Below are positions 61,528 to 64,000 of a stretch of 64,000 nucleotides of DNA, piece after piece. Position 1 is the first letter of the stretch, and each line of letters opens with the position of its first letter. The notes under the pieces were generated by a model. It was not told the DNA's origin. It worked only from the letters and a program-made list of their open reading frames with translations, and made no database searches. The position numbers and the translations under genes were made by a program. The stretch is from Nitrosopumilus sp. (GTDB lineage: Archaea; Thermoproteota; Nitrososphaeria; Nitrososphaerales; Nitrosopumilaceae): the NCBI GenBank assembly GCA_965205675.1, contig OZ242186.1:160001-224000 (forward strand), read 5' to 3'.

Positions 61528-62621
61528 TATACCTTGGAGCATAATTCTTTGCAATTTTTCAAAACAAATAGCAATACTTTTTGATCAGTAGTTAGAAATA
61601 ATTTCATGGACATTACAAATGACGAGTTACTCCAGGCCTACAAAAAAGAAAAGTACGGTAAGAAAAAGGAAAGACTGCATGCAATGTGTAAGATTAAAAT
61701 CAACGAATCCACAATTGCTGAAACTGCCAACCAAATGTTTTGTACCTACAACTCTGTAAGGAACTGGCTAGATTCATTTGAAAAATATGGATTGGAGGGC
61801 CTGGAGGATCTCCCTCGTTCTGGCCGTCCGCCATTAATTTCACACAAAAAATTACAAAAAATAGAGCGTACATTTAAGAAAATTTCAGACGGCATGACTC
61901 CAAAAAAACTGATACAATTCATATTTTACAGAACACGCATTACATATCATATCACTCACGTGCGTCGTTTGATGCATAAATGGAATCTAAAACCAAAGGT
62001 TCCACAAAAACTACATGTACGTGCCGCATCCAAGGATGTATGTCGCAAGTGGAAAAACCGCATCATTTCACGCATAGAAAAGGCAAAAAAGAAAGGTTTT
62101 ACAGTATTTATCCAAGACGAATCAGTATTTGTAGACGATGTACGTCTTGGCAAAAAATACTGGACAGATGCACACCAAAGATTAATTGTGCATTGGAGAG
62201 GATCACATCAAAGATTTTTGGTTTATGGAAATGATGATAATCAAAGTTTTTTTAGATCGTATGAAAAATTTAATTCAATTGCATTTATAGATTATTTGGA
62301 AGCAGCTCGTAGAAAATTTGGAAAAATATTTGTTATCGTCGATAGAGCACCGCAACACAAAGCTAATGATGTAAAAAAATATCTGCGTAAAAACAAAGAT
62401 GTTAAACTGGCATATCTTCCAAGAGGTTCTCCACATTTGAGTATGATTGAAGAGATTTGGAGACAGTGCAAACATGTTAATGTTGAATCAGAATTTTATG
62501 AATCTATTCATGAAATGAGGTATACAGTTATGGAATATTTTAGAACGCACAAATTTAATTTGAATATGTATCAGTATTTTGCAAGAACAATAAATTGAAA
62601 AGACTTATGATCTGGGGTATA
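61528..62621 (+). mobile_element. IS630-family element A copy 2, single open transposase 61606-62598
   Basis: HTH + DDE (QDES, DRAPQH, IEEIW); ends TATACCTTGGAGCAT / ATGATCTGGGGTATA. Confidence 0.94.
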
Positions 62622-62952
62622 AGTGATGCTTTGCAAATTTTTTTTGAATTTGTACTCTAGTATTTTTTTATTTGTTCATACAGATCATTGCCAATAACTA
62701 CATTGTCAACTTTACAAGCATGCTAACACACAATTGTTTTGAACCTCAGAATTTATACGTCGAGTTCATCTTCATTTTCTAATATAATAATCTGTTTTAG
62801 AATATATTTTAGACTCTTTAACATAGTACCAAAATTATTCCGTACTTGTACTGTATGTAATCAAAATATGGATTTGCGATTAATACAGTCTACTCTCTAG
62901 AAAAAAAATAAGTGCATATTGCATGCTAGAAAAGATTAATCTAGTTTTATTG

Positions 62953-63351
62953 CTATGAATGTTTTTTACAAATCATAGAAATTCCAGGAGCTCCTACGGC
63001 TCCCATCATTTTATCTACAATTTGTCCTGATTTGAACATGATAAATGTTGGAATAGATTGAACTGCAAATTTCATTGAAATATTTTGATTTTGATCAACA
63101 TTTACTCTTGCAAATTTGATATTTGGATATTTTTTTGAAAGACTCTCAAATATTGGATGTATTGATCTACATGGACCACACCATTCCGCCCAAAAATCTA
63201 CCAACGTTGGATTCTCAGCAGATACTATTTGTTCAAAATTAGACTCATTCAAATCAATTATTCCTGGCTCTATTTTAGGCGCTGGTTTTGGTTTGAGCAC
63301 TTCCTCCATCTTTTTTTGGATAATTTTTGCAATTTCTGGATCTTCAGACAA
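62953..63351 (-). CDS. Thioredoxin
   Basis: VDFWAEWCGPC, QSIPT. Confidence 0.93.
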   Translation of the reverse strand: MSEDPEIAKIIQKKMEEVLKPKPAPKIEPGIIDLNESNFEQIVSAENPTLVDFWAEWCGPCRSIHPIFESLSKKYPNIKFARVNVDQNQNISMKFAVQSIPTFIMFKSGQIVDKMMGAVGAPGISMICKKHS

Positions 63352-63395
63352 TATGTATCAAAAATCTGTTCTATTAAAAAATCTATGTTAAAAAA

Positions 63396-63542
63396 CTATT
63401 CTTCTTCTGTTTTCACAGGAATTGCTTCAAATCGCCTTGATTTACAGATTGGACACTGATCAATGTATTTTGTAAAGCTAACTGAAGTGTATGCAATGCC
63501 GCACTCACCACAAATTCTGAGATTTCTTCCTAGTTTTCCCAT
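63396..63542 (-). CDS. Small zinc-ribbon protein, 48 aa (absent from ORF track)
   Basis: MGKLGRNLRICGECG..QCPICKSRRFE. Confidence 0.7.
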   Translation of the reverse strand: MGKLGRNLRICGECGIAYTSVSFTKYIDQCPICKSRRFEAIPVKTEEE

Positions 63543-63637
63543 TAATTCAATATGAAAAAGTATTATGATTAAAACTTAGCTTTTGATTTCTTACCAGAAC
63601 AGCCACCAAGGCTTTGCAGTGGGTAGTTTTACAATTG

Positions 63638-64000
63638 TATACCTCGGAGCATAATTCTTTGCAATTTTTCAAAACAAATAGCAATACTTTTTGATCAGTA
63701 GTTAGAAATAATTTCATGGACATTACAAATGACGAGTTACTCCAGGCCTACAAAAAAGAAAAGTACGGTAAGAAAAAGGAAAGACTGCATGCAATGTGTA
63801 AGATTAAAATCAACGAATCCACAATTGCTGAAACTGCCAACCAAATGTTTTGTACCTACAACTCTGTAAGGAACTGGCTAGATTCATTTGAAAAATATGG
63901 ATTGGAGGGCCTGGAGGATCTCCCCTCGTTCTGGCCGTCCGCCATTAATTTCACACAAAAAATTACAAAAAATAGAGCGTACATTTAAGAAAATTTCAGA
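63638..64000 (+). mobile_element. IS630-family element A copy 3, partial at window edge, +1 frameshift near 63922
   Basis: Near-identical to 61528 onward; extra C in TCCCCTCG. Confidence 0.92.

Overview
AT-rich archaeal chromosome segment from an ammonia-oxidising Nitrosopumilus-like thaumarchaeon. The assignment rests on the 4-hydroxybutyryl-CoA dehydratase/ADP-forming CoA ligase pair, PEFG-CTERM and CFI-box-CTERM proteins, and the rpl7ae-rps28e-rpl24e-ndk-infB operon. 1-17.5 kb is a metal-handling/surface-protein cluster (NikR-like regulator, ZnuABC-type ABC transporter, CopC/CopD fusion, cupredoxin, DM13 protein, wHTH regulators). 17.5-20.1 kb is a decayed islet. 20.1-35.5 kb is mostly core genes, with tRNA-Ala(CGC) and an RNase HI pseudogene. 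35.6-56.9 kb is an IS-riddled island ending at tRNA-Leu(TAG); it carries secreted protease/partner gene pairs, and three of its genes share a near-identical leader. 57-64 kb holds core genes plus two IS630 copies. The strongest signals are: (i) two divergent IS110/IS1111-type elements whose downstream non-coding ends fold into bridge-RNA-like double loops, with guide segments that co-vary with each element's own target and donor junctions, and an empty target homolog in the window that confirms one junction; (ii) a shared-leader/variable-body secreted protein family with partner genes; (iii) two tRNA-3'-end att-like sites sharing a ~130-bp arm. All alignments and translations outside the ORF track were done by eye; no database searches were run.
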